From Lachnospiraceae bacterium (GTDB taxonomy: Bacteria > Bacillota > Clostridia > Lachnospirales > Lachnospiraceae), in contig CAAGJU010000018.1 in NCBI GenBank assembly GCA_900770225.1, positions 4,822 to 68,821 of the forward strand: a stretch of 64,000 nt of DNA, read 5' to 3'. The position numbers were made by a program, and so were the translations under genes. Positions 51,757 through 64,000 of this stretch are shown one piece after another (the first letter of the stretch is position 1; each line of letters starts with the position of its first letter). A model generated the notes under the pieces. It was not told the origin of the DNA. It was given only the letters and a program-made list of their open reading frames with translations, and searched no databases.

Positions 51757-52943
51757 GTGAAAAGGCCATCAAGGAAAGAATGTCCGGCAATGAGGCCGTC
51801 GCCTATGCGATCCGCCAGGTGGAGCCGGACGTCATGCCGGCATTCCCCATCACCCCTTCGACAGAGATCCCGCAGATGGTTTCTACGTACATCGCCAACG
51901 GGCAGATGGACACGGATTTTATTCCGGTGGAGAGCGAGCATTCCGCCATGTCTGCGGCCATCGGTTCTGAGGCTGCCGGCGCAAGAACGATGACAGCAAC
52001 TTCTTCGGCGGGACTGGCGCTGATGTGGGAGGAACTGCTCCTCGCTGCATCGAACCGCCTTCCGATCGTTCTCACCCTCGTCAACCGGACACTCTCCGGA
52101 CCGATCAACATCAACTGTGATCACTCGGACGGCATGGGCGCCCGCGATACCGGCTGGATCCAGATCTACGCGGAGGACAATCAGGAAGCCTACGACAATT
52201 ATATTCAGGCGTTTCCGATCGCGGAGGACAGCCGCGTGCACCTGCCGGTCATGGTGTGCATGGACGGTTTCATCACCAGCCACGCGGTCATGAATATTTC
52301 GCTCCTCGAGGATGCCGCGGTGAAAAAATTTGCCGGCGAATATCATCCTGAGGAATTCATGCTCGATGCGGAGCATCCTGTCTCCGTCGGCCCGTACGCC
52401 ATTTCACATTATGAGATGGAAGCGAAGCGCGCGCAGGAAGCTGCCATGGAGCGGGCGAAAGAAGTTATTCAGGAAGTGGGCAAACGCTACGGCGAGATGA
52501 GTGGCCGCTCTTACGGACTGTTTGAGGAATACCGCACAGAAGATGCCGAGTACATCATGCTGATCATGGGAAGTGCGGCCGGCACAGCCAAGCAGGCGGT
52601 GGATGAGCTTCGGGAGAGCGGTGTGAAGGCCGGTGTTCTGAAGCTCCGCGTATTCCGCCCCTTCCCGGAAAAAGAGATCGCGAAGGCCGTAAAGAACTGC
52701 CGTGCCCTGGCCATCATGGACCGCTGCGAGAGCTACAACGGAAACAGCGGACCGCTCGGCAGTGAAGTGACGGCGGGCCTGTACAGAAACCGCGTGTTCA
52801 TCCATGCGGTGAACTACATCTACGGACTCGGCGGCAGAGATTTTACCACAGAAGACGTAAAGCAGGTCTTTGAGGAACTGAAGGAGACAGCGGACGGACG
52901 CATGCCCGAGCAGCAGCACAAGTATGTCGGACTGAGAGAGTGA
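51753..52943 (+). CDS. porA: PFOR alpha subunit
   Basis: GNEAVA, FPITPSTEI, VESEHSAMS. Confidence 0.93.
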   Translation: MSEKAIKERMSGNEAVAYAIRQVEPDVMPAFPITPSTEIPQMVSTYIANGQMDTDFIPVESEHSAMSAAIGSEAAGARTMTATSSAGLALMWEELLLAASNRLPIVLTLVNRTLSGPININCDHSDGMGARDTGWIQIYAEDNQEAYDNYIQAFPIAEDSRVHLPVMVCMDGFITSHAVMNISLLEDAAVKKFAGEYHPEEFMLDAEHPVSVGPYAISHYEMEAKRAQEAAMERAKEVIQEVGKRYGEMSGRSYGLFEEYRTEDAEYIMLIMGSAAGTAKQAVDELRESGVKAGVLKLRVFRPFPEKEIAKAVKNCRALAIMDRCESYNGNSGPLGSEVTAGLYRNRVFIHAVNYIYGLGGRDFTTEDVKQVFEELKETADGRMPEQQHKYVGLRE

Positions 52944-52947
52944 AAAT

Positions 52948-53898
52948 ATGAGCGATTACAGTTTGAAAACGATGATGAATAAACCGGAGCGTCTGGCTCC
53001 GGGACACAGAATGTGTGCGGGCTGCGGCGCACCGATCGTTGTGCGTGCCGTCCTCCGGACGCTGCATGAGGGCGACCATGCCGTTGTCGGCAACGCGACC
53101 GGATGTCTGGAGGTTTCCACCTTCATGTATCCGTACACTTCCTATAAGGACAGCTATATCCATAATGCGTTTGAAAACGCCGGTGCCACGATGAGCGGCG
53201 TCGAGACAGCATACCATGTGCTGAAGAGAAAGGGAAAAATACCGGCTGACGAGAACTTTCGTTTCATCACCTTCGGCGGCGACGGCGGAACTTATGATAT
53301 TGGTTTTCAGTCCCTCTCGGGCGCGATGGAACGTGGGCACGACATGACCTATGTGTGCTATGATAATGGTGCTTACATGAATACCGGCATACAGAGATCA
53401 TCAGCCACGCCGATGTTCGCCGACACAACGACAACGCCGGCGGGCAGAGAATCCAACGGCAAAGTGCAGTACCGAAAGGATCTCACAGCTATCCTGGCAG
53501 AGCACTACATTCCCTATGCGGCACAGACGACGCTGACGCGGGATTTCAGGGATCTGCACAGAACAGCGGAAAAAGCTGTCTACACCGAGGGACCGACATT
53601 CCTGAATGTCATGGCGCCCTGTCCGAGAGGCTGGCGTTATCCGGCGGAGGACATCATGGAGATCTGCCGCCTCGCCGTGGAAACCTGCTACTGGCCGCTT
53701 TTTGAGGTGGATCACGGGAACTGGAAGCTTTCCTATGAGCCGAAGCACAAGCTGCCGATCGAGGATTTCCTGCGCACGCAGGGAAGATTCCGCCATCTGT
53801 TCAAGCCGGGCAATGAGCATCTGATCGAGCTCTTCCAGCAGGAAGTCGACAAGCGGTGGGAAGATCTGCAGTATCGCTGCGCGAGAGGGCAGATCTGA
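52948..53898 (+). CDS. porB: PFOR beta subunit (TPP-binding)
   Basis: GHRMCAGCG, GGDGGTYDIG, YMNTGIQRS. Confidence 0.93.
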   Translation: MSDYSLKTMMNKPERLAPGHRMCAGCGAPIVVRAVLRTLHEGDHAVVGNATGCLEVSTFMYPYTSYKDSYIHNAFENAGATMSGVETAYHVLKRKGKIPADENFRFITFGGDGGTYDIGFQSLSGAMERGHDMTYVCYDNGAYMNTGIQRSSATPMFADTTTTPAGRESNGKVQYRKDLTAILAEHYIPYAAQTTLTRDFRDLHRTAEKAVYTEGPTFLNVMAPCPRGWRYPAEDIMEICRLAVETCYWPLFEVDHGNWKLSYEPKHKLPIEDFLRTQGRFRHLFKPGNEHLIELFQQEVDKRWEDLQYRCARGQI

Positions 53899-54046
53899 AA
53901 CGGGAGCTGACTGCGGGAATCGCGCAGCGATGGAGCAGTCGGGCTTCATACAGTACTGTGGCATCTTATATGATATAGATGCTTACGGTATATGTGGAAA
54001 ATTTTCAGCTGAGCAGAAGTTTTGTGCTGAGCAGGGGGTGTGTTGC

Positions 54047-54931
54047 ATGACGTTACTGACGTATCAGGTTTTCAAAACGGTTGCCGAGATGGGCAGCTTT
54101 CACAAGGCGGCTGAGGTGCTGGGGCTTACGCCCTCGGCGATCAGCCACGCGGTCTCCGCGATGGAAAAGGAGCTCGGCTTTGCCGTCCTCACGAGGAACA
54201 AGTCGGGTGTCTCGCTAACCAATTACGGCGAGCATATCCTTCCCTATGTGAATGCCGTTCTGAACAGTGATGAGAGCCTGCAGCAGGTGATTGCGGAGTA
54301 CAAGGGCCTCAAGGCCGGCACCGTTCGGGTGGGCTGCTTTGCGAGTGCCTGCAACAACTGGATGCCCTCCATTATCAAATCCTTCGAGAAAAAATATCCG
54401 GCGATCCGCATCGAGGTGTTTCAGGGAACCTATGATGACGTGAGCGAATGGATCAAGACGGGCGTCGTTGATTTTGGGTTCATGTCCATCTCCAGCGCCG
54501 GCGATCTGAATATCCGGCCGTTCTATCAGGATCCGCTGCTCTGTGTCGTCCCGAAGGATTTTAAGAAAAAAAAGAACACAGACACGATGTCTCTTGATGA
54601 GATGCGCGGCGAGCACTTTGTCGTGCAGCGGGAGTCCACCGATGCGGATATCCAGCATTATCTGCGCACGAATCACCTGAACGTCGAGGCAGACTATCAT
54701 GTCGTGGATGACATGTCTACGGTCGTCATGGTGGCGAATGGCTTTGGTATCTGCATCATGCCGGAGCTCACGATGCGCGGCATGCCCTATGAGACGAAGA
54801 GCTATCCCATGAATCCGCCGGCATACCGGAACATCGGCCTCGCGTGCCTGAATCCGGATCTCATGGCGCCTGCCGTCCGCACGCTGTATCAGCATATTAT
54901 CAAAGAATACGGAAATGAGGAAACAGAATGA
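54047..54931 (+). CDS. LysR family regulator
   Basis: GSFHKAAEVLGLTPSAISHAVSAME.ELG. Confidence 0.93.
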   Translation: MTLLTYQVFKTVAEMGSFHKAAEVLGLTPSAISHAVSAMEKELGFAVLTRNKSGVSLTNYGEHILPYVNAVLNSDESLQQVIAEYKGLKAGTVRVGCFASACNNWMPSIIKSFEKKYPAIRIEVFQGTYDDVSEWIKTGVVDFGFMSISSAGDLNIRPFYQDPLLCVVPKDFKKKKNTDTMSLDEMRGEHFVVQRESTDADIQHYLRTNHLNVEADYHVVDDMSTVVMVANGFGICIMPELTMRGMPYETKSYPMNPPAYRNIGLACLNPDLMAPAVRTLYQHIIKEYGNEETE

Positions 54932-55839
54932 GTGAAACGCTGTTTAATAATGAGAGCATTATTTCCTGGCTGCAGTATTATGCCGCCAATGCGCCGGTCA
55001 ATCTGGAGCGCGTAAAACTTCTGGACATCACCGGAAAAAATAAAAGCGTAATCCCCGCGGTGGAATCCCACCGCCAGACGCTGGTCTTCACAGAAGCGGG
55101 CGACGAGGATATTTTTTACCGGATGTGGGCCGCGGGACTCGGTGAGTGCGAGGTCTGGTACAACGACGGCTCGGAACCGACCGGCCCGATCCGCCATGAC
55201 CTGCTGAAAAATATGATCGACCGCGGCATCAATGCCTCGGCCGGCATGCTTGTGCTGAACAGCCATGCGCGCAATACCTATAAGGTAGGCATGGACAACG
55301 ATGCGTTCCGCCGGGGATCCGTACATTTCGTCGGCAGCGAGATCCGCGCCGTGCTCCTGAACAAAATGCAGGTGGAGATCCAGGATGAACTGCTGGTCAT
55401 CAGCGGTGAGAGCATCGCCATCGAAGCCGCCATGCTGGCACAGGAGGGCTCGGTCACGGCAGTGGAATATAACGCAGATGACCGCCGCACGCTCGAGGAC
55501 AACATCGATCACTTCGGCCTGCACAATATCCGCATTCTTGATGCGGTGAGCGAAGAGACCATGAAGAACGTGCCCGTGCCGGATACCGTAATGCTCGTGG
55601 CTTCCGCTTCGATGGAGCAGGAGCTGGATGTGCTGACAAAGCTGAACCCGCACATCGGCGTCGTGATCTACACGCTGGATATGGGTGTGGCAGCGGATAT
55701 CGACCGGACGTTTGCGCGCTACGGCATCGGCGACACAGAGGTGATCCAGATCGCCGTCTCCAAGCGCGGTCATAAAAATATGTTCATGCAGGAGCCCGCA
55801 CCGTGGATCATCACCGGAAGGGCGGACCACAGAGAATAA
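54928..55839 (+). CDS. Precorrin-6B methylase (CbiT)-like protein, degenerate
   Basis: SEIRAV.L.K, V.AVE, PDTV, QI.VS pattern; SAM-binding glycine loop eroded. Confidence 0.6.
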   Translation: MSETLFNNESIISWLQYYAANAPVNLERVKLLDITGKNKSVIPAVESHRQTLVFTEAGDEDIFYRMWAAGLGECEVWYNDGSEPTGPIRHDLLKNMIDRGINASAGMLVLNSHARNTYKVGMDNDAFRRGSVHFVGSEIRAVLLNKMQVEIQDELLVISGESIAIEAAMLAQEGSVTAVEYNADDRRTLEDNIDHFGLHNIRILDAVSEETMKNVPVPDTVMLVASASMEQELDVLTKLNPHIGVVIYTLDMGVAADIDRTFARYGIGDTEVIQIAVSKRGHKNMFMQEPAPWIITGRADHRE

Positions 55840-55888
55840 AAAGCAGAAAATAAAAAGCAGAAAATAAAAATAAGTCTTCACTGCTAAG

Positions 55889-55931
55889 CAGGAGGCGGGC
55901 TGCACTCATCGGGGGGGCAGCCCGCCTCTGC
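55889..55931 (+). terminator. GC-rich hairpin after the CbiT-like gene
   Basis: GAGGCGGGCTGC...GCAGCCCGCCTC; weak U tract. Confidence 0.55.
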
Positions 55932-56095
55932 TGTACGCGAACATCGCAATAACGGAATAAAACCTGCGAAACATGATGTGAACCGATTATGACAGGTCTG
56001 CTGTTTATATTTCAGAATATTCTGCAATAATAAAATAAATCAAAATATATTCAAAAAAACGTTGACAATCAGAACCAAAGTCAGTATTATACAGA

Positions 56096-56293
56096 TAACG
56101 CAAGATGAATTCCGGAGGGGGACACAGAATCGAATCCCAGAGCTCCTGAAGACAGGATGACGGATACGGAACTTCATCTTGATTCTATATAATTTATATA
56201 GATAAGTCTGATGAGAGGAGGTTATAAGGTGAAACTTACGGAATATCATTGAGGGGCTGCCCGGTGTGATCATCGAGCAGCCCTTATTTTTTT
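56096..56293 (+). ncRNA. Candidate sRNA or orphan attenuator leader
   Basis: TTGACA-17bp-TATTAT promoter, branched hairpin 56101-56181, terminator GAGGGGCTGC...GCAGCCCTT plus T-run. Confidence 0.5.
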
Positions 56294-56354
56294 GCGTTAA
56301 CACAGGGGCTCATCCATTCTCTGGTTTTTCTATAACCGGGATGCGATTTCAGAG

Positions 56355-56394
56355 ATACAGACACCTCCAGCCTGCCATCATCCGCAGACGCCGG
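56355..56394. repeat. Family 2 element, degenerate half copy
   Basis: Similar to reverse complement of 47009-47048. Confidence 0.6.
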
Positions 56395-56399
56395 AGCTC

Positions 56400-58038
56400 G
56401 CTGACAGATGCGACCAGGGATATCGGGGACGGCTCCATCCGGGAGTGTCCTTCTCTGCGATGGATTGACGTCACTGTGAGAAATGGTTCGTATCGTGTGG
56501 TCCGGGATCTGCTGGAAGATACGATGGCCGCTCTGCATTTTCACATCCGGCTCGGGGAGCAGACAGACTCTTTTCCAAAGCCATGGCGGACGGCGTCCGC
56601 ACGGCAGCGGAGACGGCACTCTGTCGGCTGGTGACACCCTATGAGCTCTCCGGACAGGCGGAACGGATCTGTTCAGATTATCTGTATGCACATGCCGGGA
56701 TGTACCATCACGCATCACACCAGACAGAGTGCCATCGGACTTCCCTATATCACAGAGAAAAATTACGGCGGAAAAACAGTCCGCGTTACAGAATACACGA
56801 TGAGTGAGATTGTCGCTTCGATTTATGATCAGATCGAACGATCGGGCATATCCGAAGGAATCCTTTTCCTGGATGAGATCAACTGCGTTTCGGAAACACT
56901 TGCTCCGACCATGCTGCAGTTTCTTCAGTATAAAACCTTCGGCACCCACCGGGTTCCGGACGGATTTGTCATTGTAACTGCAGGAAATCCGCCGCAGTAC
57001 AATAAATCGGTACGGGATCTGGATGTTGTTACCTGGGATCGTGTGCGGCGCATTGACGTGGAACCGGATTTTGAAGCGTGGAAAAAGTATGCGACAGAAG
57101 CCGGCGTGCACGGGGCGATTCTGGCTTATCTTGAAATTCACAGAGATTATTTTTATCGCATCCGCACAGAAGTGGACGGACGACGCTTTGTGACAGCCAG
57201 AGGATGGGAGGATCTCTCCCGGATGATCTTTGTCTGCGAGGAGATGGGTAAAAAGGTCACAGACGGACTTGTCCGGCAGTACCTGCAGGATCCGGAGATT
57301 GCAGGGGATTTTGCCGTGTACTATGAATTGTATGAAAAATACCGCCACGTCTATCGCGTGCCGGATATCCTTGCCGGAAAATGGAAAAAAATTACGTCAG
57401 AAGCGAATCTGAGTACCTCAGATGCACCCGATGCGGCGGACGCGCCGGATCAGCTGCGCGATGCGCCTTTTGATGAGAAACTGAGTCTGCTGAGTCTTCT
57501 GGAAGACAGCCTGAACAGAGAGTTCCGCTCCTATGAGGAAGAGAAAAGCGTACAGAAAACCCTGCTTGGCATATTGCGGAAGGCACGCACACCGGATGCC
57601 GTGAAGAACGAAACTGAACAGAAGCGGAAGAATTACGAAGCAGAACAGGATGCACATATGCTCAGTCGGCAGGAGAAGCGGGAAGCGATACTTGTTATTC
57701 AGGCCCTGGAGGATCTGCAGAAAACGCTGAAGCTTCAGAATCCGAAACCGGAAAATACCTTTGAAGGAATCCGATCCTGGTTTGCCGCGCGGGAGCAAAA
57801 ACGGCAGGACCAGATGCTGGACACCGGAAGACATCTTACCAACTGTTTTTCATTTCTGGCGGACATCTACGGAGAGGGACAGGAAATGGTACTGTTTCTG
57901 TCAGGACTGAACAGCAGCACCGCTGCCATGGCATATATCCGCGACTGCGGAAACGATGCCTACTACCGGTACAATAAGCTCCTTTTACTCAAAGACAGAG
58001 GACAGCAGCTCCGCAGCGAGATCCTCGAACTGCAGTGA
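56400..58038 (+). pseudogene. MoxR-like AAA+ ATPase lacking its N-terminus, preceded by remnant of an upstream gene
   Basis: TITHHTRQSAIGLP, LFLDEINC, TAGNP present; no Walker A upstream. Confidence 0.7.
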
Positions 58039-58170
58039 TCAGTGCTGTTTAAGCAATTTAACGGCAGATTAAAACGGTGTTACGCCTGCGTTTATCATGA
58101 AATTCCCTAAAAAATAGAAAAACAAGAGCCTTTTCCTGTATAAATTTACTGAAAATTTTGGCCGGAACGA

Positions 58171-58281
58171 TTGAACGTTCCGGATTTTTTTTGTATACTG
58201 AAGACATGTTTTGGGTATGGCGGCAGAGATATCCGGAAGGTTTTAACGGGTACAGCCGCTGAGCTGCCCGGCATGTTTTTC
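58171..58281 (+). promoter_or_regulatory. Promoter and structured leader of V-ATPase operon
   Basis: TTGAAC-17bp-TATACT followed by a long bulged hairpin ending in a T-run. Confidence 0.55.
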
Positions 58282-58335
58282 ATGTGATTCTGTACGCTGA
58301 GCGTACATAAATTTAAAGAACAGGAGGGAAAGTAC

Positions 58336-58653
58336 GTGATCGAGGAAACGGTACGTGCTGTCAAGGATGCTGAAGCGAAAGCTGATCAGACCGTGACAGA
58401 GGCAAAAGCCAGAGCTTCTGACATTCTCAGAAACGCAAGGGCTGAAGCGGATCAGATCCGAAGTGACGCGAAACAGGAGGCCGGCAGAAAGTATGAAGAA
58501 CGCATGGCCAGAGCGCGCTCGGAAGGTGAAGCTTCACTCGCAGAAGCAGACAGGCAGATGCAGAAGGAAGCGGAAGACCTGAAGGCCGGATGCGTTCCGA
58601 AGAAAGACGCGGCGGTTGACAGCGTGATCCGGAAACTGTTGCGGCAGAGCTGA
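58336..58653 (+). CDS. V/A-type ATPase subunit G/H (peripheral stalk)
   Basis: Charged Ala-rich coiled coil, first gene of operon. Confidence 0.8.
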   Translation: MIEETVRAVKDAEAKADQTVTEAKARASDILRNARAEADQIRSDAKQEAGRKYEERMARARSEGEASLAEADRQMQKEAEDLKAGCVPKKDAAVDSVIRKLLRQS

Positions 58654-58737
58654 GTGTGATCAACGGGTATCGTGTGAGACACAGCGATCCGTTATCATAT
58701 TTTCAGTGACTACAAGATTGAGAAAGCGGGTATTTGC

Positions 58738-61231
<2,494 letters not shown>

Positions 61232-61344
61232 TCACCGGACGGTTTTCTGCTGCCTAACCGTTACACAAGGTGTGCGGATGCAGCTCACTGTTCGCGCAGA
61301 TGAATAACAGTGCCGAAATTTAACAGCTGACAAGGAGAAAAAAT

Positions 61345-61935
61345 ATGGCAGGAGTAGATACAATTACGAAAGAAATCCTGCAGGATGCAGAAAACGAATC
61401 CGCAAAGATCATCCATGACGCTGAAGCTGAGGCAGAGAGCATCACAAATGCCGCCAAAGCTGAAGCGGAGAAGACGGAGAGCGACATGGCGGATAAGGCG
61501 GAAAAGGATGCCGCGGCGTACGCCGACAGGATACAGTCCCAGATCGGCATGCGCAGGAAGCAGGCGATCCTCGGCGCCAGACAGGAGATGATCCGCGAGG
61601 TGCTCGATCAGGCATATCATCAGCTGGATACACAGGATGATGCCTCGTATTTCGGGATGGTCGAAAAGCTGGCGGAGGAAAATGTCCAGCCGGCCGATGG
61701 CGAGATCCTCTTTACCGCAAAGGATGCGGCACGTCTGCCGGAGGGCTTTGCGGCAAAGCTGCAGGATATCGCGGTAAAACACGGCGGCAGCCTGAAGGTA
61801 TCGGACGAAAGAGCGGATGTGGAGAACGGTTTTATCCTCCGCTACGGAGGAATCGAGGAAAACTGTTCGCTCCGCGCTCTGTTTTCCGCAAAACAGGAGG
61901 AACTGCAGGACGAAGTGCACAGGTCACTTTTCTGA
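61345..61935 (+). CDS. ntpE: V-type ATPase subunit E
   Basis: Operon position; GFIL..GGIEENCS. Confidence 0.9.
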   Translation: MAGVDTITKEILQDAENESAKIIHDAEAEAESITNAAKAEAEKTESDMADKAEKDAAAYADRIQSQIGMRRKQAILGARQEMIREVLDQAYHQLDTQDDASYFGMVEKLAEENVQPADGEILFTAKDAARLPEGFAAKLQDIAVKHGGSLKVSDERADVENGFILRYGGIEENCSLRALFSAKQEELQDEVHRSLF

Positions 61936-61959
61936 CCGGACCTTAAGGAGATTACGCAT

Positions 61960-62931
61960 ATGAGTGATACACAATATATTTATGCGGTCGCGAGGATCCG
62001 GGTGAAAGAGAAGTCGCTTCTCAGCGACGCAGATGTGCGTTCGATGGCGGCTATGAAAAGCGTAAGGGAGGTCCTGGCTTTTCTGTCAGACCGAGGCTGG
62101 GGAAACGGAGAGACAGACCAGACCGGTGATGACATGCTGGCGGACGAAGAGGCGAAGACGACAGCTCTGATGAAGGAGCTGAAAGTCGATCCGAAGATCT
62201 TCGACGTCCTGGCCTACCCGCAGCTTTATCATAATCTGAAGGCCGCCATCAAGGAAAATGTATCCAGTGACACGCCGGATCACCTGTATTATACAGTGGA
62301 CGGCTACGGCGAGAAAGAAATGAGAAGGATCGTCGCCGAAAAGGACTGGAAGGCACTTCCGGAGCATATGCAGGAAGCAGCGGCCAGGGCCTTTGACGTG
62401 ATGCTGACGAATCAGGACGGGCAGAGATGTGACGTGATCATCGACCGCGCGTGCCTCGATGCCAGCATCAGAGCCGGACGGAAATCCGGGAGCACACTGC
62501 TCCGCGAGTATGAGGAATCAACGACAGCAGTCACGGATATCAAGATTGCCGTGCGTGCACAGCGGACGGGCAAGGATCAGAACTTCTTAAAAGAAGCACT
62601 GGCGCCCTGCCAACAGCTGAACGTACGGACGATGGCGGAGGCAGCGGCAAAGGACGAGGCTTCTCTGATGGAGTATCTGGAGGACCATGGATTTGCCGAG
62701 GCCGCAGAGGCCATGAAGGATTCGCCGTCCGCTTTTGAGCGGTGGTGCGATAACCGGGTGATCGATACGATCATGCCGCAGAAGACAAACAGCGTATCTG
62801 CCGATCCGGTCGTGGCATTCTACCTCGCGCGCGAGAACGAGATCAGAACAGTCAGGATCATTCTCACGGCCATTGCCAATGGCTTTACGGAGGATGACAT
62901 CCTCGAAAGGGTAAGGAAGATGTATGGTTAA
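61960..62931 (+). CDS. ntpC: V-type ATPase subunit C
   Basis: YAVARIRVKE..LL, ARENEIRTVRII, ERVRKMYG. Confidence 0.92.
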   Translation: MSDTQYIYAVARIRVKEKSLLSDADVRSMAAMKSVREVLAFLSDRGWGNGETDQTGDDMLADEEAKTTALMKELKVDPKIFDVLAYPQLYHNLKAAIKENVSSDTPDHLYYTVDGYGEKEMRRIVAEKDWKALPEHMQEAAARAFDVMLTNQDGQRCDVIIDRACLDASIRAGRKSGSTLLREYEESTTAVTDIKIAVRAQRTGKDQNFLKEALAPCQQLNVRTMAEAAAKDEASLMEYLEDHGFAEAAEAMKDSPSAFERWCDNRVIDTIMPQKTNSVSADPVVAFYLARENEIRTVRIILTAIANGFTEDDILERVRKMYG

Positions 62932-63250
62932 GATAGCGGTTATGGGGGATTATGACAGCATCTACGGCTTTTCCGCACTCGGGCTGTCAATCTTCCCGGT
63001 AGAAGGACAGGATGCGGAAAAAGCATCGGTTATTCTCCGCAATCTGGCGGAAAATGATTTCGGTATCATCTATATCACCGAAGAGACAGCCGCGCTGCTT
63101 CCGAAGGAGATCGCAAAATACCGCGAGAGGCAGTCACCCGCCATCATCCTCATCCCCGGAGTCCACGGCAACACCGGCGCGGGCGTCGAGGGTGTGAAGA
63201 AGACGGTGGAACAGGCAGTCGGAAGCGATATCCTCTTTTCAGAAGAGTGA
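62924..63250 (+). CDS. V-type ATPase subunit F (NtpG in E. hirae naming)
   Basis: KIAVMGDYDSIYGF.ALG, VEQAVGSDI. Confidence 0.92.
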   Translation: MVKIAVMGDYDSIYGFSALGLSIFPVEGQDAEKASVILRNLAENDFGIIYITEETAALLPKEIAKYRERQSPAIILIPGVHGNTGAGVEGVKKTVEQAVGSDILFSEE

Positions 63251-63299
63251 TCAGGCTGTCATGCGGATATTTCGCAGATACCGCGGGAACACCACAGGC

Positions 63300-63408
63300 G
63301 TCTGTACGTCCGGAACAGAGCAGTGATGATACATCACGGAAGCCTGTACGACAGAAACAGAGCAGTGGTGATGCATCACGGAGTCTTTACGACAGAAACA
63401 GAGAAGTG
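63300..63408. repeat. About 42-bp tandem repeat x2.5 inside V-ATPase operon
   Basis: GTCTGTACGACAGAAACAGAGCAGTGGTGATGCATCACGGA variants. Confidence 0.8.
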
Positions 63409-63490
63409 AAAATGATGCGCCGTTACAACGGCGCGGCAGTTCAGGCGACAATGACATGCACAGATCAATGTTTGGTCATGGGGGCTTAGA

Positions 63491-64000
63491 ATGAGCACAG
63501 GAACAATTAAGAAAATTGCAGGACCGCTGGTCGTTGCCGAGGGCATGCGCGATGCAAACATGTACGATGTGGTACGTGTCAGCAAAGAGCGCCTTATCGG
63601 CGAGATCATCGAGATGCACGGAGATCAGGCCTCGATTCAGGTATATGAGGAGACCGAGGGACTCGGACCCGGCGAACCCGTCGAGTCGACGAATGCTCCG
63701 CTCTCCGTAGAACTCGGACCCGGCCTCATAGGTTCAATTTATGATGGTATACAGCGTCCGCTGAACAAGATCATGGAGATCACGCACAGCAACAACCTCT
63801 CGAGAGGTGTTGAGGTGCCGGCGCTGGATCATGAGAAGAAATGGGATTTCAGGGCGACAGCATCCGTCGGCGAAGAAGTGGGCCCGGGAGATATCCTTGG
63901 CACCGTCGAGGAGACGCCTGTCGTTACGCAGAAGATTATGGTTCCCTTCGGTGTGACGGGCAAAATCAAGTCGATCACATCCGGTTCCTTCAACATCGAC
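63491..64000 (+). CDS. ntpA: V-type ATPase catalytic subunit A, runs off window
   Basis: [14 protein letters not shown]..., QVYEET.GL.PGEPV, ELGPGL...IYDGIQRPL. Confidence 0.95.
   Translation, partial: MSTGTIKKIAGPLVVAEGMRDANMYDVVRVSKERLIGEIIEMHGDQASIQVYEETEGLGPGEPVESTNAPLSVELGPGLIGSIYDGIQRPLNKIMEITHSNNLSRGVEVPALDHEKKWDFRATASVGEEVGPGDILGTVEETPVVTQKIMVPFGVTGKIKSITSGSFNID

Noticed and set aside
56200..56240. Hammerhead ribozyme core (CTGATGA...GAAAC)
   Set aside because: Stem II cannot pair and there is no room for stem I.

Overview
Chromosomal window from a Firmicute, probably Lachnospiraceae/Clostridia (inferred from rpsB/tsf style, SLH proteins, PotC-PotD fusion, Na+ V-ATPase). Layout: (1) 1-3.0 kb housekeeping: C69 dipeptidase end, rpsB, tsf. 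(2) About 3.2-40 kb: a mostly AT-richer accessory tract of small genes, nearly all on the + strand. It holds toxin-antitoxin/defence modules (AbiE-like pair, DarG plus truncated DarT, DUF262 pair, Phd, HTH-MNT/HEPN), detox/stress enzymes and many deleted or chimeric gene remnants, interleaved with a few core-like genes (DAACS symporter, glycerate kinase, pepT). (3) 40-64 kb metabolic core: iron ADH, radical SAM, potABCD, aldose epimerase, ABC SBP, four-subunit pyruvate:ferredoxin oxidoreductase, LysR, CbiT-like protein, a broken MoxR-type ATPase and the start of a Na+ V-type ATPase operon. I see no tRNA, rRNA, CRISPR, integrase or transposase. Most interesting unexplained structure: diverged second copies of genes/promoters about 2.6-3.5 kb apart in the accessory tract (cassette-like accretion with no visible recombinase), two families of dispersed multi-hairpin intergenic elements, tandem repeats nucleated on stop codons, and two or three candidate structured RNAs, one leading the Na+ V-ATPase operon. 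All protein calls come from motif recognition, not database searches.
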